This document shows, piece by piece, positions 24,878 to 38,049 of a stretch of 64,000 nucleotides of DNA. A program made the translations under genes and the position numbers. The DNA is from Callorhinchus milii (lineage: Eukaryota). The stretch lies in the NCBI RefSeq assembly GCF_018977255.1, contig NW_024704743.1:52764001-52828000 (forward strand), read 5' to 3'. The notes beneath the pieces were generated by a model. The model had not been told where the DNA came from and did no database searches. It was given only the letters and a program-made list of their open reading frames with translations. Positions within the stretch are counted from its first letter, which is position 1, and every line of letters begins with the position of its first letter.

Positions 24878-27800
24878 CAATTGTCCAGAGAAGGGAGTTT
24901 ACACTTTATTGTAAATCCTGTGAAGCACTTTGAGAAATCTTGATAACGGCATATCACATATAAGGATTGTTGTTATGTGCAGTTATGGGTACATCGGTCA
25001 ATAAAGCTAACCAGGGAAGACAAGTTGTGATTTTAGATGAAAATTCTATCATTTTGGGGTGTTTGTCCCAGGTGTTCAATGTGTTTGCAACAGGAACATC
25101 CTGTCCTCCATTACTGTGTATCGTTCTCTAAAGAATTACATAAAATACTATGAAACATAATGGTGAGAGCCCAGTTTAAGAAACCTTGGTGGGCTACATT
25201 GTAGTTTGATGCCAGCAGCATTACTCAGCTGGACATAAACAAAATCTGAAGCTAATAGTAAGTGACCTTTCAGCCCACACACAGCTATCGTCTTTAGTTT
25301 CCCTTTTAAGAACAATCTTGATGTGGTGCAACACTGAGTTGACAAGATCTCATACAGTACTGCAACTCATCTCATGCATTTAAAGGCACAATTGTTTTGA
25401 AAGAATGGTGACCTTGAATTAAGCTTGCACACTGGTCTACTGCACAGGGAGCAGATTTTGATGATATAAACCGAAAGTGCTTTTGAAGCTAATTATATCA
25501 GTTGATCCATAAATTTCCTTTCTTTAAATTTTTGAATGGCCTTATCTAAAATAACATACTGTACTTGTCATCACTGATCTACTGTACACTGTACCAAGGA
25601 TTTGGAGCCTTGCCACTTTCCCTTTTCACAGGCAGAATGGGAGACAAATGCCTATTTGTGATATATTCTGGGTATGACAAGCCTGTGTTCAGTGTCATAC
25701 AAATGGAACATGTCTATATAAATTACACTTACAGCAGGGTGGCCTACAGGCAAACAAAATGGTTAAACAATGCATAATAAGGTTTTTATTGGTATTTCCT
25801 GCCAGACTCTGCTATTTGTCAGGGAGTGCACTGGATTTTGTTTTTTTGGTGCATTAATTATTCACCGAGATGGGCAGTAGGCCAGTTTAATAGGGACAGA
25901 TTGGAAAAATGTCATCTGGACATTAAAGCCCTGACTGTACTGGAAAAAAGCAAAAATTACAGCATATCTCAGGAATTTTCCACTAACGATGTGCGGATGT
26001 GGTAGCACTGAGGGGGGAAAAGAGCCAAACTGAGCTCTCTTTGTTCACAAACTGGGGCCCCCAATAACATTCCTCTTAAGCTGTGCTTACTGTATACTGC
26101 AGAAGTTCTGCAGATTTCTTAGCAGGCCATATTTTCTACTTTGCTTTAATTATTAACAGTGCTTTCCCTGTGCATTGCTAGCAACCCACACCTATTTAGT
26201 TAGTTTTTTTTTCCATCTTTTTGTTATAGCAAAATTTGGGTTTGCAGCATGCACTAAACTTTTTGATTAATATTGGATTTCTACCTTGCTTGTGCAGGGA
26301 AAGAAAATGCATCCGTTTCAAAACAAGCACTTGAAAAGGGGCATTATTTGTTTTAGGGGGTGTTTTTCCTTAAAACAACAAAGCACGGTATTTGAGGGGT
26401 TAAATGGAGAATTCCTCTGAAAGTATGAGAGCAAAGGGGTCACAGGCGGCTACAGTTGAGAACTCAAAGGCCTGCCATCAAAGGCCTTTCACCCTGCATT
26501 TCCCACCCAGGGGGAATGTAAACATTGGCATACTGCCAAAAGAGTCCTGGAGAACCTTTATGTGCATTCAACACCACTTTCCTGCTTTCAATTAAAAAAC
26601 AGAGTATAAAACATTTATTTCTTTTTATAGGAGAGAGGAGGGGAACACCTCATATTTATAAAAGTCTGTTCTGTGAGTAATTTAACATGTAAGGATAGGC
26701 TTCCTCAGTGGAGCTGCATGCCTCTATACTGTAGCTGCCTGTCTCCAGCTAAGTGGGACAACTTTCTCACCAGAAAAGAATGTGCAGAATGTTGTCATTT
26801 AATCATAACCAACTCAAGCTCTTTTATCTGCCGTTTATTACTAACTAGCATTATTGTTCTTATCTGCCCGTCCTTCAGCCTGCTTCACTGCCCTCAGACA
26901 TGGGAACTGACTAAATGAAAGAGCCCTGTTATTGCAAAGCAACATTAAATGTTAGTATTGCATTGTTCAACCTGGTCTCACTTAAAATGAGCTGGAGGAG
27001 AGCTTTGTGGAGAATGACAGAAGCAGCCTGAAAGGGGAGTTGCTGTAGAATATGCTGTTAGTGTTGGACCAAATGGGTGTGTAGTGTATCACTGAAGCCA
27101 TCTGGACAAAGTTCTAAAATGAGGTCACCAGAATGCCCTCTATTAAAACAAGTTGGCAAGTTGTGCCAAGCTACTTAGCTTTTGTCTTTCTACTTTCTTC
27201 CTGCAGTAGCACATCTGCATCTAAACTACAATTTAGAAATGTTCTCAATGGAAATAAAACAGTAAGCCCGGGTTTCCTAGTTCATACTAATACACTAAAT
27301 ATTGTGCCTCGAAATTTGCTGGTATGCTTCTTTGTGTGCAGCGGGGAGTGAAACGGACATGTAAAGAATCTGAGGGCCAAAATGTCTCTTGATCTCAAAC
27401 TTGAGACCATTGTCTTCAAATTTAAGGTTCTGCAGAATTTTTTTTTAAAAATCGTAAAATTCAGTCTTAATTGGAAGCAGGTTTTCCACGTTTCTTAAAA
27501 ACACTGAGAACGTTGGACCTTGTGTGAGCAATATTATCTCATCATGAAAGGCCATTTCCATTTCTGTGCATAGGTAAAAAGCTAGTATTTTGGGACCCTA
27601 TGCAAAATTATATTCCTTCTACACATCTTATTTATTTTGTCAATACTTGTAAATTGTAACTGAATTTCCTTCCCCCTTATTATTTGATCCAATTTTGAGT
27701 GTAGACTGCTATACATCTCATTGTTCTTAAATGCTCAAATTATTTGGACATTGGACAATTTGTGGTAAGGAAATGATCTAGTGACACTTATAAACGATTC

Positions 27801-30653
27801 CTGCCCTGCTCCAACCTTAGCTGCACCCTGCCCCTCTCACACAGAGCTACAGTGCTATCTTGCTAGTGCCTGGGCCAAGTTCCAAAATCAGCAGAAGACC
27901 ATTTATGTGCTTCACAAGCCATAAACATTATGTCCCCCAATTCAAATAACATTTTCACCTTTCCCCCTGGTGAAACACTTCCCTAATATATGCTGCCTCG
28001 TACTTTCTCAACAGCAGTATTAAACATCTACACAAAAGTGTCTACATGACATTGTCCATCAACTTAAACTCCAGGTTCACTTTCACCCTGATTGTTTTTG
28101 ATCCACTCTCTTGAACACTAATATATGTTGGATTGCTTTCTTACTAAATTTCATGCAGTAATAGTATTTCTTGTAAAGTTGTAGCATAGAAAGGCCATCC
28201 AAGCCCTATTCTGAGGCAATGATAAAACTAGCCCATAAGATATGATACGTATTAAAAGGATATAAAGGAAGTGACTACATAGCAATGTATCATGATCAAA
28301 TCTACTAATGGAAAAGAGTTAAAGACATAAGGAAACCTACAAATAAAGGCTGTTCATCCTATCTAACTCACTCCTTCCACAGTCCAGACATGACTATTCT
28401 ATCATTTATTTCCCCTTTTTGATCCTCTAACCTCAACAATTGTATATTTCCTTCCTTGCCTCATGGTAATCAAAAAGAGCTGTTCCTTTCCCAATAACTA
28501 CATAACAACAACTTACATTTATATAGTCCCCTCACATAGGGTAGCGTCCCAGAGCGCTTAAGTGTCCTTCACTTTTCAGACATAACCTCTTAGGTGTCCC
28601 TCACTCTCTTTTCTGTTCATTCAATCCCCTTTACATATGTCAACTTTCCAAGAATTAACATTTTTTTCTCAATCTCAATCTTTATATATATATTATTGTG
28701 GGTTTTTATTGTTTTTGGGGGGTGGGAGAAATTGCAAATCTCTATCCTGTTTGGGAGCTTGTGAATGAAGTACTCCAATCCTAGCCTCACAGTTCATATT
28801 AAGCAACCTGCATTCCTCGCTCAACCTTTTCATTGTTCTAACCACCTGAGTCACGCCTCCCTTCAATTTTCTTTTCTTCAGCAAAAAGGTACTGAGTCAT
28901 TTTGCTTTCTTCATAAAGATTCTGACCACAAGCTAATTCTGTGTGAAATAATGCTTCACTACTGCTATCATTCTTTTTCCTCACCAATAACAAAGCATTC
29001 AGGTAAATGAGTCATGAAAATGTTTCTGTGGGTTAGGACAAAGGGTTGGTACATGACTCCAACACCCCCACCCTGGCTCTCTGAAAGTACCCTAGTTCTA
29101 AGATGAGCAATACAGTGTATAACACAGACAGCAACTGTAATAACAACAACGAATTACACTTGCATAGTACCTTTTACATCAGGAGGACATCCCAAAGTGC
29201 TGTAAGACAAGTGGATGAAATTTCCATTGTGATGCTTATCAGATCAAGCACATTATGAAACGCTTCAAATTTTACCCCAGGCAGTGAAATAAAATGTGAT
29301 ATTGTTAGTTCACACCACCAAGTGGTCCTCCTAGCTTGTCTGTTGAATCCTATCTTGTCTTCTTGACATCCTTTTTTGTACCTCCTGCCAAGTTTTTCTC
29401 TTCATCAAGCTAGTACTGTATTCAACCATATTGTTATTTCCTCCCTTTCCTGCTTCCTGCTGTGTGAATTGGAAGGATTCACTTTCCGCCAAAGATCACT
29501 GCTTCTCTCCACAATAACTCACTGACAATACGGGCCACCCCCAATTTAGCTAAGCACAGCTTTCTCCTTTCCTGTGTTATGAGCTGGAAATATTCCAATC
29601 AGCCATCTGGATTACTGACTACCTGGTAGTCCATAAGGGGCAAGAGGCTGTGTTAGACCTTGTAAATGTTTAAACTGTGCTTCTTGCATTTGAGTGTTAA
29701 ATTCGATGCGAAGATTTACGATCGGCAGCAAATGAAGAATATGTCACGTTCTCACGTGGGCAAGAATTAAAGACTTTCCCAAGCAAGTAAATCTGTGCAG
29801 GTCATTAGTATGCCCCAGCCAGAAAAATCAACCCCAAGATTCCTAAAGGTTGAGAAAATACAATTTGCATAAAAAGAGGTCACACAAGAGCCACTATTCA
29901 GGATGTGTTAATAAAGGATATAAATGTAGCACTTAAATCTGAATATCTTCATCCTCTCTGGGATATTCCCAGGTGACTCCATAGCTTTGGCAGCAAAAAG
30001 ATCACATGTAATGCTTGAGTCAGTTATTTCAACAGTTGTACAATAGTCTTGGTTGCTGAAAGCATTTTCTCAGGGTTTCAGGTATCGGTGTTCAAGACCT
30101 TTAGAAAAGTTCTGTACAAAGTTACTAATTCTGGCAAACAACTTATGTCTTAGGCCAAACTTAATTTCCTGAAATGTGTTCATCTGGCAAGTTATCAGTA
30201 CCAAAATGTTAAATTACACTGATAATGCGACTTAAGAACTTAAGGAACTTAATGGTGCAATTCTCTGATTTTCAGTAAATTTACCAATCTTGACATCCGA
30301 GTACTTCTGGGGCCTGAAATTCCTGTCTGTGTTATATGCAGTTAATATGTCATGGACTTTGACAATGTGTGATTATAATGGGCAAATCAAATTCCACCAG
30401 GAGCCAACTTGGTCAATAGTTACTCTTAATGCCAACAGTAATTTCAGCCCCAGATTCTTTGATACTGGGTTGTGGGAATTTAGGGAACCAGTACAGAATG
30501 AGGCCATTCAGCCCATCAAACCTGTTGCACCAGTTTACCAGATGTTGGCACATCTTTTAATTCCCCTATTTCCATACCTTTTAATACAAATAAAAATGGA
30601 TTTAAATGCAAGCTGGAAGATGTATGAAAGTCTGCATTCTCTCCATGTCTCTA

Positions 30654-30998
30654 TGGAGTCCTGTAGCTCATTGGTTAGAGCACTTCCCTTGCAAGCAAGA
30701 GACCTGGGTTCAATTCCCAGCAGAGCAAAACGTTGGGCAACTTTCATTACTCAAAATGTCTCTGTTTACCTAGTGGTAAATAGGAATCCGGTTGTTTGTC
30801 AATCACTTTTCGAAGGGAAATAATTCCTTAATTTTTTTTAAACAAATTTGTCACTTAATCCACGACTGTTTGTGGGACACTGCTGTGCACAATTGGCTGC
30901 CACGTTTCGCCTACAAAATATAGCCAATATTCTGTGAAGCGCTTTGAGAATTCTCGAAGGTGCTATATCAAATGTAAGGATTATTATTATTATTATTA
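30654..30998 (+). mobile_element. tRNA-Ala-headed SINE, older long subfamily
   Basis: Head ggagtcctgtagctca...gggttcaattcc (A and B boxes), middle ctgtttacctagtggtaaataggaatc, shared 3' body and (tta)n tail. Confidence 0.85.
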
Positions 30999-31751
30999 TC
31001 TAGATCACATGATTAGTCTGGATGAAGAAGGTCCTTTGGCTCATCCGATCTCACATCTCCAGAACACTCTACCATTCCTCCGCCATCACTGTATCAAGCT
31101 GGTTTAAAAATCATTGCAGTGTTTAGGCCCAACCACCTTTTTGGCAACCTGTTGATTACCAGCTATGAAAAGAAAAACTACGACTACTAATAATCCTTGC
31201 CTTTGATATAGCACTTTTCATGTTGTTGAGATGTCTCAAAGCGCTTCACAGGATATACTATGAAGTGCAGTGACTGTGGATTTTGTGAGCAAAACTTCCA
31301 GGTATATGCCTGTGAGATGATAAAGGCACTATATCTGCTGTTACCTTTCACTTGTAAAGAAGGAATTCCTTCTTGTTTCTTTGACAAACAAAGAAACCAG
31401 AAAGTCCAGGTTGTTCACAGAGCAGCCAAAGAACAACCTGAATCGTGACAGCAATTGTAAACTTGGTTTTGGAAGTAGTAGCATTGTGAAGGACTTCACA
31501 GGGAGCAGCATGACATTACTTCCATTGAAATTGTTCGTGATTGATACTTGCTGTAAAAGGCACAAGTAGCAGATGCCCAATGAGGTCTGAGGCCCTCAAT
31601 TTTACCGAGGCTTGGCCTGTAAGACGATTTTATCTTAAGCTGTAACATGGCACAGAATTGTGAAAAATTCTTGAATTCAACCTTAACTTGGAAGCAGTTC
31701 TAAAACATCACAGGACACAATTTTCACTCCAATATTTGCATGTGATTCATG

Positions 31752-31993
31752 GGGAGAAATTTCACCTGGATCTAGATTTATTCTATTTATGCAGTTTTGG
31801 AGCATTCAGAATTTGACAAGCAATTGTTGAATTCAGTCTTAATTTTGAAGCCTTATTTCTGTAAATTATCTTAAGAACTACTGAAAAACAACTTCAAAGC
31901 TAAGACTGAATTCAATGATTTGTTGCCAAGTTCTGCTCCCTCTGAAATGCTGCATAAATACAGTAAATCTACAACCCAGGTGGAATTTCTCCC
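31752..31993. mobile_element. Palindromic MITE-like element, about 240 bp
   Basis: Termini gggagaaatttcacctgg and ccaggtggaatttctccc; inner arms ttgaattcagtctta and taagactgaattcaa. Complementarity extends along nearly the whole length. Confidence 0.85.
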
Positions 31994-32804
31994 GACCTTA
32001 TTTGTCGCAGCGTCTCAAAGAGTCCCAGCAATGAGTTACTTTTTAAGTTAATTTTGTTAAATAGGCAAGGGATATAGTGATGGGGAACATCAGAAATAAT
32101 TTGCATTCTTATAGCACCTTATTATAAACACTGACTGTCCAGTGCCTTGGGACATTCTCCTGACGTGAAAAGCGCTATACAAACGTAATTTTGTTGTTGT
32201 TGTTATCACATTGAATCAACTCAAGCACCTTTGGATGTCCTCCCAATGTGAAGGGTGCTATATAAATGTAAATTTCTATTGTATTCATGATCAAGTGTAG
32301 TGACTGATTTGTAGGTAAATGCAGCAGCCAGTTCACACACAGCAACTTCCCACAGTCATGAGGTGAATCATTAATTTTACTTGGAGAATTGTTGGCCAAG
32401 AAACCAGGAGAATTTCCCTTCTCTTTTTCAATAATGCCAAGGGATATTTATAAGAATTGCTAGGTTTTTTTTAATTCACAAAATAAAATCGGGTGTTTGC
32501 TGTTTTATTTCAGGGTCTTTTTTGTGTTAAATGGCAGTTGAAAATTACAGTGTATTCTGTGTGAAGCATTTTGAGGCATCTCGAAGATGTGATAAGACAC
32601 TATTTAAAATGCAAGGATTATTATTAAAATTGATGGGGAGTGGGGTGGTGAAGAGAGAGGATTTGACATCAAAAAGCCAGGTAAATTCAATGTAAATCAG
32701 AAACAAGATACTTACAAAACAGTTACTTTATTGATGAACACAATTATTCATACAGTCGAAAGTTGATTAACCACATAAATTGTGACTAGCGCCACTGTGG
32801 ATAA

Positions 32805-34575
32805 GCAATTAGATGCCCCTCTACTAACAGACATCACAAACCTCTCCCTGTCCACTGGCACCGTTCCCAACCCTTTTAAAAATGGCCATCAATACTCCTA
32901 TCCTTAAAAAACCCTCCCTGGACCCATCCCTCAAACTACCGCCCCATCTCCAACCTCCCTTTCCTTTCCAAGGTCCTAGAATGAGTCGTTGCTAACCTAG
33001 CTTCACTCCTTCCTCTATCGCCACTCCCTTCATGAACCCCTCCAATCGAGTTTCCGTGCCGCTTACAGCACAGAAACAGCTTTGGTCAAAGTGACAAACA
33101 ATATTCTGTCCATCTGAGACCAGGGCTCCCTCTGCCTTCTCGTCCTCTCTGCTGCCTTTGATACCGTTGACCACTCTATCCCATCCACTGCCTTTCCTCT
33201 CATCTCAGCCTTCATGGTTCTGATCTTGAATCTGTCCTTCATCTCCACAAATGGCTTCTCCTCCAGCTCCCACATAGTCCTGTGTGGAGTTCCTCAGGGC
33301 TCCGTCCTCTCCTCTTCAACATCTATATGCTCCCTCTTGGTGACATCATCCGCAGACATGTGGTCAACTTCCACATAATAATAATAATCCTTGCATTTGA
33401 TATAGCGCTTTTCACGTCGGGAGGACGTCCCAAAGCGCTTCACAGAACACACTGTAAAGTGAATTGACTGTATATTTGTGGGCGAACGCGGCAGCCAATT
33501 GCGCACAGCAATGTCCCACAAACAGTCGTAGATTGAAAATGACCAATTTATTATTGTTTTGGAGGGATTATTATTAGGCTCTGTGTGGAGTAAGGAAACT
33601 TGCCCAAGGTTTCGCCCTCTGCCTGGAATTGAACTCAGGTCTCTCACTTGCAAAGCGAGTGCTCTAACCACTGAGCTACAGGACTCCACAAAGAATACAC
33701 ATGTATGCAGATGACACCTAATTGTATCTCTCTGCCTCCACCCTCGACTCCAGGACCACAGCTGTGCTGACAGAATGTCTGTCAGATATCAAGTCCTGGA
33801 TGAGAGATAACTTTCTTCAGTTGAATGTCAACAAGACCGAGGCTCTCCTGATTGGCTCCCGTCAACGCTGCCGAACCTCAGGCACTGACAGCATTACACA
33901 CTGTAACCATCCATGGTTACACACTCCACCTCACTGAGCCAGTCCGGAACCATGGGGTCTTGTTTTACCCTCAACTATCCTTTCTACCTCACATCTGCGC
34001 CGTGTCCCGCTCAGCCTTCCCCCACCTCCGCAACATTGCCCGGCTCCACCACTGTCTCACACTGCAGGCTGCCAAAACCCTCATACACACCTTCATTACA
34101 TCGAGGCTTGACACGCAAAATCCCTACTTGTCGGCCTCCCCAACTCCTCCCTCCACAGGCTGCAGTTCATCCAGAACACTGCAGCCTGTATCCTCTTCCG
34201 CACCAGGCTCCGTGATTCTATCACCCCCATCCTCGCCCAACTCCACTGGCTTCCCATCACACAGAGGATACAGTTCAAGATCCTGGTCCTCACCTTCAAA
34301 GCCCTCCATGGCCTTGCTCCCCATGGATCTCTGTGACCTCCTAACCCCCTCCCAACCTGCCCACTCCCTCCGGAGGTCAGTGGGCTCCGACCTCCTTCAC
34401 GTCCATCTCAAGACCCTCTTCTTTGACCTTGCCTTTGGTCGCACTCCTTCCCCCCCCTGCCCTCCCTGTCCCAATCCCAACCCCCAGCTCGGTTCCGAAA
34501 CATTGATTGTCCAGTGCCTTGGGACATCCTCCTGATGTGAAAAGCATTATACAAATGTAATCTTGTTATTGTTGT
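32805..34575 (+). mobile_element. L2 LINE (RT domain to 3' end), interrupted by a young SINE
   Basis: Y-R-P-I-S-N-L, STETALVKVTNNIL, GVPQGS, MYADD and ITPILAQLHWLP segments in shifted frames; tail at about 34510-34575. Confidence 0.92.
33377..33690 (-). mobile_element. Young full-length tRNA-Ala(TGC)-headed SINE nested in L2
   Basis: Head GTGGAGTCCTGTAGCTCAGTGGTTAGAGCAC..TTTGCAA..GAGTTCAATTCC and (tta)n tail. Flanking direct repeat CACAT at 33372-33376 and 33698-33702. Confidence 0.93.
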
Positions 34576-34654
34576 CATGTAAATACAAATTGTCAGCAGC
34601 TCAAATTTTAAAAAATGTTCCATCAGACATTATATTGCTACACTTAGCCAGGCA

Positions 34655-34915
34655 TTCTCTCTTTCTCTTTCTCTCTCTCTCTATCTGTCTCTCACTTTCT
34701 CTCTGCCTTTCTGTTTCTATCTGTCACTATCTCTGCTTCTTTCTCTTTGTCCCTCTCTCTTTCTATTTGCTTATCTTCCTCTCTCTGCTTGCCTCTCTCT
34801 ATACTTCTTTCTACTCTTTTCTCGGTCACTTTGACTCTCTCACTTTGAGCCTCCCTTTTTCTCACTCGCTTTCTCTTTCTGAGTCTCTATTTTTCTACCT
34901 CTATGACTTTTTCTA
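34655..34915. repeat. (CT)-rich low-complexity tract
   Basis: Directly visible polypyrimidine stretch. Confidence 0.9.
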
Positions 34916-36263
34916 GCTTAGCTCTAGTTCTGTATTGTATAAAAGTTAAAATAAGATACTAAGCAGAGAAAAAGAGATTTGTGTGAATGAGCACAAGGTT
35001 TCTATGGACACTAGCAACCCTGTGCATGAGCACAACTGGATTCACAATCTGGTATATGTGCATTCCCAAAAACAGTTGTGTGTGCATTGAAAAATTGTTT
35101 TTTAATCAAATTTGGGAGAAAATAATTTTGACGAATTTCAAAATATTGATGAAATTTGAATTGAAAAATAAGATTTTAATGGTTCTTAGACATTTCATTC
35201 CCATCAGGCAAGCGGGATTTCAGTTTAATGTCTGATCCAAAGGATGTCACCTCAGATAATGTAGTTCTACCCCAGCCTCGACTAAAGTGTCATATCCAGG
35301 CTTTAGGCTTGAACCGACAACTTTCTGACCCAAGTGTAAGAATGCTACCAAATGAACCAAGCTGATGCAAGTTCAAATGTTCTGGGTATAAATAGATCAA
35401 TTTTACCTCACTTAATCCACTTTAGGATACAGTAAACATATCCTAAAGAACTTCTGTTTTTTTGTCTCTTGCTACAAATAGAATACAGTGAGTTGGTTTC
35501 AGAAAACTATTCTTGCCCTTTTCAAGAGCAAAATGTTTATAACTCACTCAGGTCTTTATCTGTTTCTCAGTTGTGGAGCCTTTACTGGATCAAAATGGAA
35601 TTCTGCGTAAAAATAAGAATGTCCCATTGAGTATCCACTATTGATCGAGTCATGAACCAAGCCAATTTGTCTATCACTTGTCGCTTATATAGCCATGTGG
35701 TCACTTCTGCAACACATCACATACTGCAGCTGTTGGCTGTGTGGCTTGTGGCCCTTATCTTTTTTTTTCCTTTCTATACTGGCTACATTTATTGTGCCAG
35801 CCATGATATTGTACTTGTGCAATGCTCCACGTTGCAAATACACAGTTATACATAGAATCCCTATGGGAACACAAACTGCCCATTGTCAACAGGCTGCACT
35901 TTCCATGGAATCCTATACTACATTGTATATTGGTTTCCAGTTTTATTTATTTGTGTTATTAGATACTGCTGTATGTTCAACACTCATATGTCAAGGTTTA
36001 ATTGACAGAAAGATTTATGAATTATGATGAATTTGATATTCGTTGCATCTACCAAACCATATCAACTACCCCTGACGTCTAATCGATCCAGTGTTTAGTG
36101 ACAGAGGCCTGCTTGGAACATCTGGAAAGTAAATAGGAAGGTGTTCATTTTAATGGAACCAGGCACTTTACATCATGTTGGGATCAGTTAACCCTGGAAT
36201 ATGCAAGATGGCAAACATGCTGGAACACCCAAACTGCGCCGTGCTCTCCTGAGCTCAGGCATC

Positions 36264-36533
36264 TCTGGAGCAGCATCCAGACCAGTCTTGGGGATGAACA
36301 TATCTTCTCCTAACAGAACTGACAGCAGAAAATGTGAAATAGCAGCTATAAGTTCATCACTGAAGTGATCTAGGAATGAAAGAGGAAACTCTGCATGTTA
36401 TACCCTTGTGGGGAATTTTAAAACAAGTCTTATTTTGTCTGGAGCAGCGTCCAGACCAGTCTTGGGGATGAACATATTTTCTCCTAACGGAACTGACAAG
36501 AGACAATGTGAAATAGGAGCTATAAGGTCATCA
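36264..36533 (+). repeat. 96-bp direct repeat pair (36264-36359 and 36438-36533)
   Basis: tctggagcagc.tccagaccagtcttggggatgaacat...gctataag.tcatca occurs twice with few mismatches. Confidence 0.95.
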
Positions 36534-38049
36534 TCTTATTTTGTTTGTCTGCTGGGTACCTGACACATGCAAAAACCCATCAGTAAGCATAAGAGAATCT
36601 GATACGAACAATTGGTAGTTCCACATACATTTCTGATTGTGTAAAATGGAGTGCACACTCTCATCCCTGAGAGAACACCCTGTTTCCTTAATTCCACACA
36701 GTTTAGACATAAGAGTGGCAAGATCTGGACTACCCAGTCTACTGCCACAGACAATTGACTAATTTTTGATGTTCCATCGCCAGGCAAGTCACCTTGGAGC
36801 CAACACAGCCCCTAATACAAGTTGGAAATGCAAATTGCCATTGATATGACCTGAAACAATATCAGTGCCGTGCATTATTCTCTGACGAACAATATATTTT
36901 CACAATAACTTACTATTCTTTGGAAAAACAAACTTCTCTAATGCTTCCACATCTTAGAACAGTCCGTTGGAAGGCAGTGCTTTGGGTCTATAAATTTAGT
37001 CCCATTGTTAATAACTATAAAAATGGCTGGCAGTCAGCACTTTGGGCTGACAGGTAACAGATAACATTGCCAATGATGTAACCAAACCCCGCTGGGCACA
37101 TGGGTGCAAAAACTGCTTTTTGTGAATGTTTTTAGTATTTGTCTTGTTTGTCTGCTCCCTATGTTTTCTTCGTGCATCTGTGTCAGAAGCTGGAAGTGAA
37201 GAGGAACACCGACATACTACAGATCCACAATGTAGCCGCGCTATAAACCAGTATATAATTTGTATATGCTGCAGTACGGTATAACAGGTCCAACTATATA
37301 CGTAGAGATGCTTCCCTCTAAGACTCATCCTATGAATGACAAAAGCCAATTTCTTGTTGCTGTGTGTTAAACCTGTTGCTGAAAGCATTACTAGTGATGT
37401 GGAGGGAGCAATTGCAGATTATAATCAAACATAGTCAGTCACTTCCTTTGCTTTTACTTTCCAAACTGTGAAGTGACGCAACTTTGAATCACAGGTTATA
37501 TGAAACAAGCACACCTCTGCTTCTGTGTCTGTGGTAGCTCCCAGTGGTATTTATATCTAAGTAACGGATGTACCTAGAAACACAGCACATATGACTTAGT
37601 TAGAAGCTGTGGTTCTACCTAGAAATGAAGATAGCAGGAGATACCGAGCAAAGGACCACGGCTGGCTAAAGGAAAGATTGCATCATTAATGCAAGTACAT
37701 GTAGCTTATCTTTCTGGCAGAAGTGCAGCTATAAAGTTTACACAACAGCATTTCATTTAATATACTAATCTTCTAGAATGATTTTGCTTTTGCACATTAT
37801 GTTTACCGTAAAGTATTTTCATTTTTCACTCATCGCCAGTCCCTACTATAATACTGAAGTCACCTTGTATTCGCATGTTCTGCTGTCGAGATCAGAATCA
37901 GTGTGCTAGCCAGGTGTCTCTTTTCACTGGCCCACTCCATTCGCTTGTTTACAACTTGAAGGATTGAGGTCAGTCTAAAGTTAGGCTTGCATTTCACTGC
38001 TTTTCCTTTTTTCATCCTGCGTTCAACTGCATCGGTTTCAGTGCCAGGC

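Noticed and set aside
30290..30823. 177-aa ORF containing GQIK, as a possible missing CDK6 exon
   Set aside because: There is no HRDLKP or LADFG context and the ORF runs into CR1/SINE sequence, so the match is chance.
33610..33690. tRNA-Ala(TGC) gene (similar heads at 6656, 30654, 41942 and 52262)
   Set aside because: D and anticodon arms are present, but the acceptor stem does not pair, and the full copies continue into a SINE body. These are SINE heads.
36264..36533. CRISPR-like repeat-spacer structure
   Set aside because: Only two units of 96 bp, in a eukaryotic intron, with no cas genes.
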